A DNA stretch of 60,313 nt, the filler included, from Basidiobolus ranarum (taxonomy: Eukaryota), in the NCBI GenBank assembly GCA_040143965.1. It is 10 parts of 10 records of this genome, joined end to end, with 100 filler letters (N's around TTAATTAATTAA, not from the genome) between each part and the next. Parts side by side here need not be neighbours in the genome. Positions count along the whole stretch, not along the records: positions 36,297 to 42,230 come from JASJQH010008336.1; positions 42,331 to 48,263 come from JASJQH010008337.1; positions 48,364 to 54,290 come from JASJQH010008338.1; 7 more parts are not named here. The stretch is one strand, 5' to 3'. The position numbers and the translations under genes are program-made. How positions within the stretch are numbered: position 1 is the first letter of the stretch; each line of letters begins with the position of its first letter. The notes beneath the pieces were generated by a model, which saw only the letters and a list, made by a program, of their open reading frames with translations, was not told the DNA's origin and made no database searches. Positions 38,586-51,335 of the stretch are shown here, piece by piece.

Positions 38586-39035
38586 CTGCGTACTGATCCC
38601 ACAGATTCTTTAACATCTTTTTGAGCAAAAAATATTCTTTTCCATTCTCTACCTTGTTTACTTTTAAAGGACTTCCGCTACCCATATCGATGTCTCGTTT
38701 AAGATCCCTTAAAAGGTGTCCACTACTGGTTGAACCAGCTGCTCGTACTGTAGTAATCTCACGCGCTTTAGCTTGTACGTCTTGTAGTAATCAATTATGG
38801 TCAAATTTTTGATAATCTTACTCACTCTTAGTATTACTTCAAATTGAATAGATGGAGTCTTTGTAACCATACACTCACCTGCTGCTTTTGCTCCTTCACC
38901 CAAAATCGTGACCAATGTAGACCTTAAGGAAACTTAATTAGAGTACATTCCCGCCAAGTAGAAATAGCGTCACCTATCACTAATGAATTTGCTCAGGCTG
39001 TGATTCCCATTCTCAATTTTTTCAGTATGGCCGCC
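38586..39035 (-). CDS. Unidentified short multi-exon ORF or pseudogene
   Basis: Two canonical introns join HTEKIENGNHSLSKFISDR|STLVTILGEGAKAA|DVQAKAREITTVRAAGSTSSGHLLRDLKRD... in frame; start not found. Confidence 0.4.
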
Positions 39036-40068
39036 TAATTATTTATATTGGACTCCCATGAGATAAACAACCAAAGACCAAATATCCAGGCCTTCTGTTT
39101 CAACTTTACTTTCCCACTATGCTTACTTATTACCCTCCTTATGTTATTATAGATACGATCGGTTTATGTTCACTAGAACTACTGAATCTCTTTAACCACT
39201 TGGCTCTATCATCTAACTTGCTACCCAAACTATTCTTGTATCTAATCTACCCATAAACGTAATTAAATATGTACGATTAAATCTAATCAGGTTATTTGAA
39301 CACAAATAAGGATGTGACGGACGGTCTTTTTGTTGCACTAGGGCGATTCGTGTGATTGTGATGTGTAAAAAGGATTTTTCTTTGCGAAAAGCACTGTGTT
39401 GTATTGTGTGAAGACATGTATAACTGGAATATTTAGCAATGATACGCTGTGTAATAAACAAACAAGATCCTGCTCCCTCGATTCTAAATATAACTAACTT
39501 TCATATCTTTATCATCAAGCTAAGTGATACACACGTAGTACCCTCTGAAACGCACAAACAAGTACCACCGGGGGACAATTACCAAATGAAATACTTAATA
39601 TATGAAATGTCTGTATTAGAACTTCAGTGTCGGACAATATGAGAGTACACACCATCTATCGTTACTATAGACACGAGCATAGTTGCTTTCTTTAAACTTA
39701 GGACAGCATTCCTCAACAGATATGGCAGGTTTATTTCGACACAGTTGAAGCGTAAATTTGCTACATTAGTCAGACTAGCAAGATTCCAAACGAAAAGTCA
39801 AGTGTAACTCTATATAACACCGAGACTGTTGTCACTACTTCATAAGGATAAGAAAACCTGGCTGCCATCCTCCACCATAGAAAGTTGGATCTTCAAGTGG
39901 TACCTGTAGCTCAGAAGCTTCTGTATCTCAGCGACGGTGCTCATCAATTTAGTACCAATCTTGACCTTCCCAACTGACCAATTTTTACTTACTCTTGTGT
40001 ATATAATCTGATTTCAGGATCTGACTCCTATACAACAATTAAAGTTTGATTACCTCTGCATCACTAAC

Positions 40069-40644
40069 ATGAGCGTTGGCCTTTTCCGTACAGCAAGCCC
40101 AGTATTGAAATTTCAGACTTCTGTAATTAAAGGGCGACTCTCTCAACTACCCACTAACTTGATTGTACGTAGAGCTCACAACTTACCACAGGCTCCAAAC
40201 CTTCGCTCTGCAGCAACTACCACCTTTTCTACAAGTGAGGTCAATGCCGCGAAAGGTTGGCGTAAATATGCAGACCAATTCCGTTCGAAGCCTGTCAGTC
40301 ATATCGTTTCATTCGCCATTTTGCATGAAATCACAGCCGTGATCCCCGTTGTAGGTGTTTATTACTTTTTGGATATTACCGGGATGCGCATTCCTATCCC
40401 TCAAATTGCTCTTGAGCACAGCAATAAAATTCTATCGAAGCTTCGGGGCCGTGTAGGTCTGGAGCCTTTGTCCTCAGACTCTAGAGCAGTAGTTAACCTG
40501 GCTGCATCTTACGCCATTGTGAAGGCTATTATGCCTTTACGCATCGCTGCCTGTTTCGCCCTTACTCCTTGGTTTGCCAGAAGTGTGATTCACCCTTGTA
40601 CAAATGTCGTAAAGCGTATTAAGAACTTTGGTCTCGCAAAGTAG
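40069..40644 (+). CDS. MRX11: Mitochondrial FLILHELTA-family protein (Mrx11-like)
   Basis: Basic presequence; PVSHIVSFAILHEITAVIP; YAIVKAIMPLRIAACFALTPWFAR. Confidence 0.88.
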   Translation: MSVGLFRTASPVLKFQTSVIKGRLSQLPTNLIVRRAHNLPQAPNLRSAATTTFSTSEVNAAKGWRKYADQFRSKPVSHIVSFAILHEITAVIPVVGVYYFLDITGMRIPIPQIALEHSNKILSKLRGRVGLEPLSSDSRAVVNLAASYAIVKAIMPLRIAACFALTPWFARSVIHPCTNVVKRIKNFGLAK

Positions 40645-41682
40645 TAGCTATCGCGATTGTATGTATTTAGTCACTCTTCCTCTTATATACCCGTATTCAT
40701 TTTTGTTAACAGTATACCCGCTATTATCAGATCTTTTTGAAATATTTACTCTCGCTTTTCGATCTATCACGTTTTTATGAATCATTACTCCATGTTGAAC
40801 ATTTATTTTTCTTAAAAACGTTAATAAATATTTACTCTTTCTGAAAGTAGGACATAGTAGCGAATCTGCATATTAAACTTGAGTAGATGCAAGTAAACCG
40901 GTTGAGAGTATCGGCCATCGCAAGGTATCTTTATTTTTATAGTGCCGAGTTCGCGCCCTGTTAACATATTTTTTCATGCGTTCATTTTTCGAATTAATTC
41001 CCTTTTTTTACAGTTGCTTTCCTATTACTCTCTCCGCTCCCAATGCTCAGCTGCTTTGAATTATTAGTCGAGTTTGTGTCGAGGCTATAGTTAGCACACT
41101 CCAAGTTCGAACGATATCGTAAAGTTGAACCTAGCACTTCTCTTGAGCTATATGGAGTAGCTTGAGATTTCTGTGAGAAACTTTGTGCATCCAGAGACTA
41201 GCAGACTTATATACATTTCCCACGTTATCATGTACATAAAGGAGTTGCTCTAGATGCTACTTGGATAGCGAATCAGATTACCCGTATCTCTCTGGCATAC
41301 AATACTAATGGAAGTTCTTTTCAGCTTGATTGTGGGAGTGGAGCAAGCAATACAATTGAATTCCTATTTTTCTACAAATGGTTAGCTTTCCTTGCATCAT
41401 TACTCAACAATCATCCATTTGGAATCCAAATTAATCGAGATTGTTTTATTTCTCGATAATAATATGTCTTGAAATATTGAAATTTTCACCCCAATTACCA
41501 GGAATGAGGGGAAATCTGTGACTTTCATTCAATTAGTTATTACAATTCCATCTCGTGATGACTAATTTTGATGAATTCGCTATTGTTTATATTTCCATGA
41601 CTTGAAGTGCCTTGACTTAGCTTCTCTTTGTATCTATACCTTTGGGCTTTTTTCAACCGTTTCAAAAAGGGGTTTGTTTGAT

Positions 41683-42230
41683 ATGAGTGTTGCTGGGAAC
41701 CGAAGAAAAGTGGTTATATGTGGGGGAGGAGTTATCGGTGCTTCTATTTCGTATTATTTAAGTACGATGGATTCTTCAAACTTCGAAATATGTCTAGTTG
41801 AACGAGATTCCTTAGCTTGCGGAGCGTCAGGAAAAGCTGGTGGTTTTTTAGCTTTAGATTGGTGCGAAGGTAGTACAACAGACAAATTAGCACGCGAGAG
41901 TTTTAAACTGCATATCGATCTAGCCAATAAGTTGAATGGCGCCGAGCGGTACGGGTATCGCTGTTTAGATGCTTTAGCTGTAACAGCCTCCTTAGAAAAC
42001 AAGGGTATAAAGGAGCCACCTTTATCTTGGTTAAACAAAGGTGTAATACAAAATACAAGCATTTTGGGTGGTCAAGCAACTACAGCTCAAGTACACCCAT
42101 ATCACTTTACGCATACCCTATGGCAGGAGGCCGAAGCACATGGTGCCAAGTTGCTACACGGTTGTGTGCAAGGAATAAAATATGACCAATCAGGAAAGCC
42201 TGAGGGAGTATTTGTTGATGGTCAAGTCAT
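41683..42230 (+). CDS. TDA3: FAD-dependent oxidoreductase (DAO family, Tda3-like), 5' part
   Basis: VVICGGGVIG, ACGASGKAGGFLALDW, TTAQVHP; truncated by contig end. Confidence 0.88.
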
Positions 42231-42330
42231 NNNNNNNNNNNNNNNNNNNNNNNNNNNNNNNNNNNNNNNNNNNNTTAATTAATTAANNNNNNNNNNNNNN
42301 NNNNNNNNNNNNNNNNNNNNNNNNNNNNNN

Positions 42331-43389
42331 AAACTCGACCGCAAGGCTCTTCCACCACCAGATATGCACTCGTTTGCCCACCAGGAATATGAAGCACCAC
42401 AAGGTGACATTGAGAGAGGCTTGGCAGCAATCTGGAAAGAATTGCTAGGTCTGGAGCATATCAGTCGCCACGATAACTTCTTTGAACTTGGTGGGCATTC
42501 GTTACTTGCTGTGCGGATGATCAGCCATATTCGCGCCAAGTTAGGTATCGAGATTGACTTGAGGATGTTCTTTGAAGCACCGTTCATTGTAAATTTTGCA
42601 AATCAAATACAAATGAAAGATGATGCACCCAGTAATCCATTTGATGTGTGGCTTCCAATTCAACCTAAAGGTAACCGTCCTCCATTGTACTGCATTCATC
42701 CGGTCATCGGTTTAAGTTGGAGTTATATTGGACTTTCTAAGTATTTGGATTCCGAACAACCTGTTTATGGTCTGCAAGCCCGAGGACTCGATGAACAGGC
42801 ACCAGTTGGGGAAACAATTGAAGCGATGGCACTAGACTACCTCGATCAAATTCGTAGCATCCAACCGAAAGGGCCTTACCACTTGCTTGGATGGTCCTTT
42901 GGTGGTAGCATTGCCCATAGTATCGCAATATCACTCCAACAACAAAACGAAACGGTAGCACTTTTAGCACTGATAGATAGTCCTTTAGCTTATGCTCATC
43001 TGGAAAATCAATGCAACTTGGAACAAGTAAGCACTTACGTAAAGCTACCTCGTTATAGTGTTGACCACTATTCAGAACAAGGTGAGCAATTATGGAAAAA
43101 AGTGCGACGAGTTGTTGAAAACAACTTAAGTGTTGCTAAGAAGCATTTTCCGCTAGTTTATTATGGAAATGCACTCTTCATCAGGGCAACAGTACCAGAG
43201 GATGAGGGTCATCCCCTTGTTGCGCCTGACATGTTGAAACCTTATGTTCACGGAAACATAGAGACCCATAATATCAACTGCAAACACAGTGATATGGATA
43301 ACTCTGCGCCGATAGCTGCAATCGGGCGTATTCTGGCAAATAAATTAAATGAAAGGGATTTGTCATACTCGATACGAGCTCGACTTTAG
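42331..43389 (+). CDS. Nonribosomal peptide synthetase C-terminus (end of A domain, PCP, type I thioesterase)
   Basis: A10 motif KLDRKALP at contig start; DNFFELGGHSLLAV; PLYCIHP...YGLQARG...GPYHLLGWSFGG; C-terminal His (CKHSDM); no introns. Confidence 0.95.
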   Translation, partial: KLDRKALPPPDMHSFAHQEYEAPQGDIERGLAAIWKELLGLEHISRHDNFFELGGHSLLAVRMISHIRAKLGIEIDLRMFFEAPFIVNFANQIQMKDDAPSNPFDVWLPIQPKGNRPPLYCIHPVIGLSWSYIGLSKYLDSEQPVYGLQARGLDEQAPVGETIEAMALDYLDQIRSIQPKGPYHLLGWSFGGSIAHSIAISLQQQNETVALLALIDSPLAYAHLENQCNLEQVSTYVKLPRYSVDHYSEQGEQLWKKVRRVVENNLSVAKKHFPLVYYGNALFIRATVPEDEGHPLVAPDMLKPYVHGNIETHNINCKHSDMDNSAPIAAIGRILANKLNERDLSYSIRARL

Positions 43390-44999
43390 GTTGCTTCACC
43401 CACAGAGGTTCCCACTGCGCGAGATTGTAATATAAAAATTTACTTACTCCACCATTACGATAGTTATCATTGAATGTGCATTATCATTACTCATCTAATA
43501 GCTTTTTAATAGGTTATACATCATACTCTCATTATTCTGTACCCATTACCACGTTTGTAGTTAATGTTGACTCAATAAACCTAGATCATTTTTGGAAAAT
43601 AGATTTTCTCTAGCCTAGTGGAGGGCGCTCCCCACGCAAACACACACAGACCTCTTATTCTTAGTAGTATTACCAATTTAACAAAATATTATTCCGAAAC
43701 ATACCACTACATCTCCCAGATGCACGTGATGCATATCTATATGATATAAGCTTTGATCATCCACCTCAATCCTTTATCACGTTGATGTTTTGACTTGAAG
43801 TTTTAACGCAACCTTTTACAACCAATGAAAAGATTCATTTGTAGGGATGTCTCACGCATGTGGTCAAGATCCCTAACTTGGATAATCGAGAAAATGCTCT
43901 TTCATTGGCTACCAATTTTCCTGATCATCGCCTAAAAAGGTATCAGATTCAAACTAATAATCTCATTGATAACATGGTAGCAAGGTAATTTCTACTCTTG
44001 ACGAAATCTATTCCATGCATCTAACTGTTCCAAATGATCATAAAATTGGGTAATTCCCACGTCATTGATTGTTTAGCAGGATATTCAGCCTAATTCCGAA
44101 GCATAGCATTCATGTTTCAAATGTAAAGAATGGATAAATTTCACTGGTTTTGCTAGATTACCATACTCTCACCGTATCTTTCAGGAAGTAGTATAGTATT
44201 ATATTATTGGGATAGGTTGCATGTAAACTCTAATAAGCCCCTGCATTGCACAATTATGAAATATTTCAAGAAACACTTGCCTCCCAATGCTAGTTTCATC
44301 ATCGGTATTTTGATGGTTCCTACATATGAAACCTGTTTTATTTGGCCAGGATTAGTGAATTTCGACCAAGTACAATAAAATCCTGCTGATTGAAACCAAT
44401 CATAACAAAGAGTGCTGGATAGTGGTAGACTGACCCGTGCAACCCCTTTGAAATATTTGGCCCAAGTCTATATATTGCATAGTCCCAATAAGTAAGCCGT
44501 GACTAAATAGTCAAAGTGCAGATCAATTCTTGCTAAGCATCTGTGACACTATAATATACCTGTCGTCATTGTGCTCCAAATGAAAATCCTAGTAATGCAA
44601 GTTCCGTTGAAAATCATCAGACATATGCCAAAGAGTCTCTCATGCATAAGGCTTGAAGACTGCATAATCAGTTTTGAATCCTTTTATCAAAGTTTAAGGA
44701 TCTCATATTCATCTTACTTACATGCAGAAAACATCATTGCGAACAAATCAAGCATGTAGCGACCTATTATGGCTCAAACCGTTGAAAATATCATTCTTAG
44801 TGATGTAGGTAAACCAAATAGTTCATCATACGTGTAACTAACTTATCAGATGTGATAAACAAAAGAATTACTAAAATTGATAACCAGCCCACGAACTAAA
44901 TTAGATCCAAAACTCCCCTAATTAAAATTTATAGGAACTTCAGAGACCCATCATATTAAAAAAAGTTTGCAAACTTCTTCCTGAACTACAACTAAGTTG

Positions 45000-46660
45000 T
45001 GTTGAAATTAGAATTGCCTAAACACCTATACAGTCACATATAGTTTAAATAGCTTAGTATTTAGTTATCTTATATTCAACTAAGGCATTACCCATTATTC
45101 TCAATTGGAACTTACTTAGAATGTTTTACCAACTTAGAAGTTCTCAGATCTATAGATTTTTCAAGTGTGTGCTAGAAGCTCCAAACTTTGCACACATGTT
45201 CCTGGGACCTTGCATAGCACATTCTACATATTTCAACTCAATAAGTGAACAAATGGAAAGCACCAATTATTCTAATGCTCTAATTCATTTCTAACAAACT
45301 TGCAAAGACTTTAACATGTTATGAGCCCTAAGCTTGCACTGTCTGTTACTTTGACTTCTCAAATTTTTGAAACCTTTCCCTCTTCTGTATTACAATGACA
45401 TTGCTGCTGCAAGAAAAAGAACTTTAGGACACTGTTGTAGGATAAGAAAGCAATGCAAAACTATGTGAAACAAACGTTTTACATAAGGTTAAAGAAGAAC
45501 TGAGTGACATTAAGACAAGTTGCCATGTGGATTAAGACAAATTGCTCATGCATTGTTAATAGCCCAAGACTACCAAGAAAGTATGGAAGCCCTTGGAAGA
45601 AACCTACCAAACATGTTCTGCAGCCAAACAGATGTATCTTACAAGACATTAAATCACTATTTAAAAGAGTCATTTATTAAGCCAATGAAATGGAATGCAT
45701 TGGGGTGTGTGGTATTGATCAGGATATCATACATACAATCCTGAGTAGACTGTCTCACCAGTTTTAGAGCTTAGTAAAGGCTCTAGAATCCTGAACTGAA
45801 GCTTCAACCCTAACTATATATTTGACAGACTTCTGAATGAAGATCAACATTTTTTATGATCTAATCAAAAGAATGAAGAAATGTTTTTATAGGATATGGG
45901 AAATCTTCCTATAAAAGTCACAAGCACTTTAAGAAGAAAAGTAGCACATTCTGTGATACTGCAAAGGAACTGGCCACTTAAGCAAAGATTGCCTTAAAAG
46001 AATTGTAAAACAATAAAAAAATGCATCTGGAAATGTCATTATGATAGAAGAACACATAATGAAGAAATCTCAATTAGAAAGGTTGTCATTGTAGATAACT
46101 ACACAGTGAATACTATTGGAATGGAAACAATTAAAGTGGTATAACTGGTGCATCTGAAGAGAAAGTTTATACTTTTAAGGATGTCCTGCATCTTCCCAAT
46201 ATTGCCAAGAACTCAATATCTGTATGCATGTTAGATCAGAAGGACTAGAATTCAATTTGGTAAGTCAGGATATATCATCAGCAACAGAAATGGAAATTAT
46301 TTAGCTTTGTGAGAAAAGGAACAGTACTTAAGCAAACTGACATATAATTCAAGTGTTTGATGTGTAAATATAAGTTATTCCAATCAAGAAACTGTTCAAA
46401 TATGGTATAAAAAATTTACAATATTAGATTTCATTAGTTGAGCAAAATTTTCAAGAATTTTGAGATTTCTGGAATTCAAATTAACCTCCCAACCAAAATA
46501 GAAACTTTTGCTAGTTGAATATAAGAAAAATAAGCCAGGCAACCATTCAAGAGCTCTGGCTTAAACAAATCTGTCAGATAAGTGAATGTGACTCATCAAG
46601 AGTTGTGTGTACTTAAGCAAAATTTGTCTTCAGGTGGAAGAGAATATTTTATCAAATCAA
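45000..46660 (+). mobile_element. Copia 5' LTR (family B, 45000-45316), PBS and degenerate gag-pol
   Basis: TGTTGAAATT...ctttaaCA followed by tgttatgagccc; decayed gag and zinc knuckle near 45950. Confidence 0.85.
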
Positions 46661-49594
46661 TTTTGAATTATTTTGTTTCTAGGGTAGTACTTCTGCTCAT
46701 CAGGATTAGTCACTTTGAATTAGGCTGGATAAGTTAGATTTGGCTTTCTTCAAGGTCTTCAGTTTTTTGGTCATTGCAATAAAATCATATCATAAAAGAC
46801 TAGTAAAGTTCAGCTTGTTTTATTAGATCTGAGCTTGACAATATATTGAGCATTATGCTTGTGGAACTGAAATACTTCCAAAAGTTGGCAATATTTTTTT
46901 GAGCCTTCTGGAGTTAAAAGCTCAACTTGCTGGTATATTTAGATCTTTTTAGTAAGCTCATCATTGAAAAACCAATCTTGACATTCTTCTAATATACAAC
47001 AAACTGTATTTAGCAGAAGCCAATAAATCAATTGAGTAGAATGAGACTCTTCTGTGGTGGCAAAGTTCCTGTATGCAGTATTCCAACCATACAGGAGTAG
47101 CCTTGCACCTTTTTATATTACAATCAAAGTTATATAGAGATTTAAACATCTGTTGGTGGCCATCGGATAGTCAATAACAAAGTGAGTAAATCAAAGTCCA
47201 TATTCAGTTATAAATTAAAGCTTAACACAGATCAGTCATTGCAGCTCTCCAAACTTGTTGTGCAAGCTATTCATGGCCCCTTTTACATTCTGCACTCTGA
47301 TACATGCACTTGGCAGGCAAAGGTTGAATTTTGGAACTTATAAATACAATATTGAGGGCTATTGTGGATCTGCGTTGACTTTCAAAGTTGGGATAAAGGC
47401 ACCAGTATATCTGCCATTATATTGGGCACTTCTTCAGAATCTGTATTGCCTGAAGATTTTGCAGGAAAACCATTTTGCTAGTTACTTTGCATGTATTCAT
47501 TTTAGTGATGGACTTAGCATAAAATGATATTTTTCATCATCTGATATCATTTGTACCCTAGCAAAAATAAAATCAATTTGATCCAGATCAGATTCACCCT
47601 TCTGGATTACAAAACTGTCAGAGAACCATCACAATATTAATGGCTTGCATTCTGCCAGGGATTTTGATAATGTGATGTCAACTTCTTGATGGTATTTAGA
47701 TAGTATTCATTCATGTTAAAATATTGATCTTCATATTTAGCATGCATCATTTAACTTCCAGCAATTTTCACAACAATCCAATTTTCAAATGGCAAGTGAC
47801 TGGGTTTACTGCTGTAGGAAATTGAATTTATATGCATGCCTTTATTTAGATATTTTTGGTTTTGTATTCCAGCCATAATGAGAATCAAAAAATACTAGAA
47901 TCTGATTGTGTTTAGTCTCTACAGATTAGACATAACTCAACAACATCAATATACTTTACCAGCAAAGTAATGGTGCAAAAATTGTTAAACATCTGAAATT
48001 TTGAATAGCACTGACACTTGAAAATGGCTGACTCTTGTTACCTTTCACAATAAGAATAAGCTACTGGATTTTGACAAATTTCTGCAAAGCATTCAGTCAA
48101 TATATGCCCAACCCCTAACAGAAATTTGAGGATTGTTATTGTAGGAAAACCATCACAATTTTAATCCATTTGGGATTGACCGTTTACTTACCGTCATAAA
48201 ATCATCAAGTTAGATTTGATTGTAATCAATTTTTTCAGTTTCAGGAGTGAAATTTCAAGATCTNNNNNNNNNNNNNNNNNNNNNNNNNNNNNNNNNNNNN
48301 NNNNNNNTTAATTAATTAANNNNNNNNNNNNNNNNNNNNNNNNNNNNNNNNNNNNNNNNNNNNTTTGTTGAGAAGACATTCTTAAGAGTTAATCGATTGA
48401 TATGAGAATTGAATGTAGTAGAGTCGTAGTATTTTATAGTAATTTCTATTCCCCCTCCCATGCTAGATGTTTTTTCGGGATATATAGAGTTATATCCAAT
48501 GGCGTAAATATCTCACAAATGTACATTAGTAATTATTTTAATTATAATGATCTTTCATGATATCTCTCCATGTAGCCAATCGCGTAAACATCGCGTGTGT
48601 ATGCAACATTGGCCATGTTATTGGATTACTAATTTGGAATGAAACTTAATTTCTAGAACTTATTTGTATTACCATCGGACCGTCAGATTCTTTCTTCTTC
48701 CTCCAATAGCCGAATTAACTCGCTGTACATAGATTTGGTATCTACAACTGTGATGAATTCAGGCTTAAATGAAAGAAACAACAATGGCTTTGTCAGGGCT
48801 TATGTCATGGATTAAAAGAATGGAAAAGTCGCATGATGGTCCAATCCAAGAGTTGAAACGATTTCTCGGCATCTAAACTAAAATAAGTAATGGCTATTTC
48901 CCTCCCCTCTATTTGTAATGGATAAACTCGATTACTATAACCGTTCTAGGTAACTGACATTTGAAGCAAGTAGAATGCGGTGGTCAGAAGTATCTAACAC
49001 CTCTCAACCGGAAAGCACTATGAGTAGAAGGCCAGTGTCTATAACCTATAAATAACCTATAAATAAACCCATTTACCCAATGAAGCGTTTCAAAAGAGTA
49101 AATAGGATAAAACTTACTCTATAAAAGTTGATGAATATTTAAAATAATAGATGCTTGTAAAGCAGGTAGGAGACATCATGTTTTCTTTTAAATGCTCCTC
49201 AACAGATACGTAACGCAATCAGTATTCAATCTTGTACAGAATGTCTCCTAAATATTAAACGAATATTTTTTTGTATTTTAATGGCTGGAAGGGATGTTTA
49301 GGTAAGTAACAGGAAAGGTCGATCCATGACTTCAAATACGATCAGATGTAGATTATAGTAATTGGGATATGTTGCTGCAACAACTTCCCATGCTGTAGTG
49401 CTTTGCTAGAAAGTTCTGACTATCTAGTGATTCGCATGGCATATTAGGTCAGTAGTAATAGGTTATATTTAACGGATATGAAAGTCAAATTGACATATTC
49501 TTTGTCTACCAAGTTCACTTTAATTCAGTATTAACTGGATATACTTGTATCACAACAGAACTATTTCGAGTATCAGAGTCCTCCTTGAGCGCTG

Positions 49595-49943
49595 AATGCA
49601 TCCATTCCTGGTATTCAGAAATATGCTTTGCAAAAATATTAGCAAGACTATCATCCTCATATAATCTCTAATCCCGAGCTAACTCGGCGACAACTGAGAA
49701 AACGTTCATTGGTTGAACGCCAGCTTGAACCATTCGAGCTAATGTAAAATTGCTTACTCCTCAGTTGAATGTTCCTGATGCGTCAAGCACAGCAAATACT
49801 TCATAGCCGTCCCTAACTGCTGAAAGGGCTGGAACTGTAACTCAAACATCTGTCACAATACCGGTCATGAACATACGTTTTCTCCCGGTTGTTTGAATTG
49901 CTCAAACTATCACAGGGTCATCCCAAGTATTGATCTCTCCATC
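49595..49943 (-). pseudogene. ycaC: YcaC-like isochorismatase-family hydrolase, C-terminal half, four in-frame stops
   Basis: GEINTWDD...TGRKRMFMTGIVTDV*VTVPALSAVRDGYEVFAVLDASGTFN...RMVQAGVQPM...ELARD*R, collinear with enterobacterial YcaC as recalled. Confidence 0.88.
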
Positions 49944-50629
49944 ATTACCAGCACCTCTATTATCATAGTCATATGCACCAGCACCATTACCTCCCCCCTT
50001 TAGTGGCACCTCCATTTCCATCCGTTACTATGGTTTCGTTACAGGTTGTTATGGTCATGATGTAGAGTTTCCTTGGATTTGGTCAGGTCACACTTGCGGC
50101 GATAAGGGACCTAACCCCAAGCCAAACCTGTACAATCTATATATCGGTAAGTGTTTGATTGTTAATGCTAGAAATGAAATATCGTACTAATCTCACCTTG
50201 AGCGAGGTCGAAACAGAACGTTCAGACTGTAATTATGCGCCCCCTGGCCAAGCTAGTTTAGCGTAATCTGGATAGTTCTGTTTTGAAATGATAAAATGGT
50301 TTATTTAGGGCTGTCTATGAGGCTTCAATTTACGTTATGACTTTGTTAGAGAAACTATCTACACCTATACAAGTGTGCAATATTGACGATGTGTTTGTAT
50401 CATGATGGAGCTAGTTTCAATATAGATACTCACTCGTAATGTACATATGCATGTTGCCTGAATAAACTCAATAACCAATAAACAGATTTACAAGCGAGTG
50501 AGCTATCGGAATACTATTCTTCTACTTTTATTTGTTATTTCCCAGGAAAGAGGAGGATGTTCTCTTACGTAGCATAATCTTTACCGCTGGTACATTGCTA
50601 CAATATTTCTTGGTGTATTATTTGATTTC

Positions 50630-51335
50630 AGTGATGATTATGGTCATATAGAAATGACTCAGCCTCATCCTCGTCAGTCCCAGTATAATCCTACATACAA
50701 GGGCACTCCAGACTACAACATGGTAGCCCCACATAATCTTTGTAAGCTATAATTACGAAAGATTGTTATCAGATGACGATGAAATAATTCTTAACCTTCT
50801 CTAACTGACACTTAGGTTTTCTGATTTAGGGTTAGCATTAGAAAGGATAACATCCAAATAGTAACTCCATTTTTTAAGCCAGATTTCAATAGCGACGAGA
50901 TGAATATTTTTGTCATTCCAAATACAGAATTTGAATTTAATGTATTACTTGAAGTCACAAATACAAAACCTCCGCCTCCTATTCAAGATACTATTTTATC
51001 TTATGACTCTAAACGAAGAACCGATATCCCTCGAAATAATAATGAACTGCTTCCTACTCTACTAATAAACACTATTTCCAAAAAATGTATGTTTTTCTGT
51101 CCAAAATTTATTTCGTTTGGCAATACCAAACGGATGTAATAGAACCATATACAATGACAAGATTGTCACTAAATCTGTTTCAAATTTTAGTATAAAAAAA
51201 TTCACTCTCAACATGCAGAAAATATGCATTAGATATTTGCATTGGAAGGGGTTATCTCCAATGTCAACAGAGCGCCACTTTACGGTAAGGGTTCTGAAAA
51301 TATGTTATCATCAGGAGCCACAGGAACAAATTAAA
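50630..51335 (+). pseudogene. Decayed beta'-like RNA polymerase of plasmid or viral type
   Basis: Ordered motifs YGHIEM..P (50639), ERLLSDDDEIILN (50757), PDFNSDEMNIF (50879; cf. ADFDGDEMN), PIQDTI (~50980), NMLSSGATG (~51300; cf. M..SGSKG). Confidence 0.7.

Noticed and set aside
38960-39010. ATG GGA ATC ACA GCC TGA as a possible selenoprotein start
   Set aside because: Canonical splice phases favour a different, stop-free frame
49842-49844. TGA at the YcaC catalytic Cys position, suggesting selenocysteine
   Set aside because: Three other in-frame stops including a TAG, and loss of the 5' half, indicate simple pseudogene decay
50540-50575. Possible beta-subunit ERD-like remnant upstream of the polymerase fragment
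   Set aside because: Requires an indel and is too short to support without alignment
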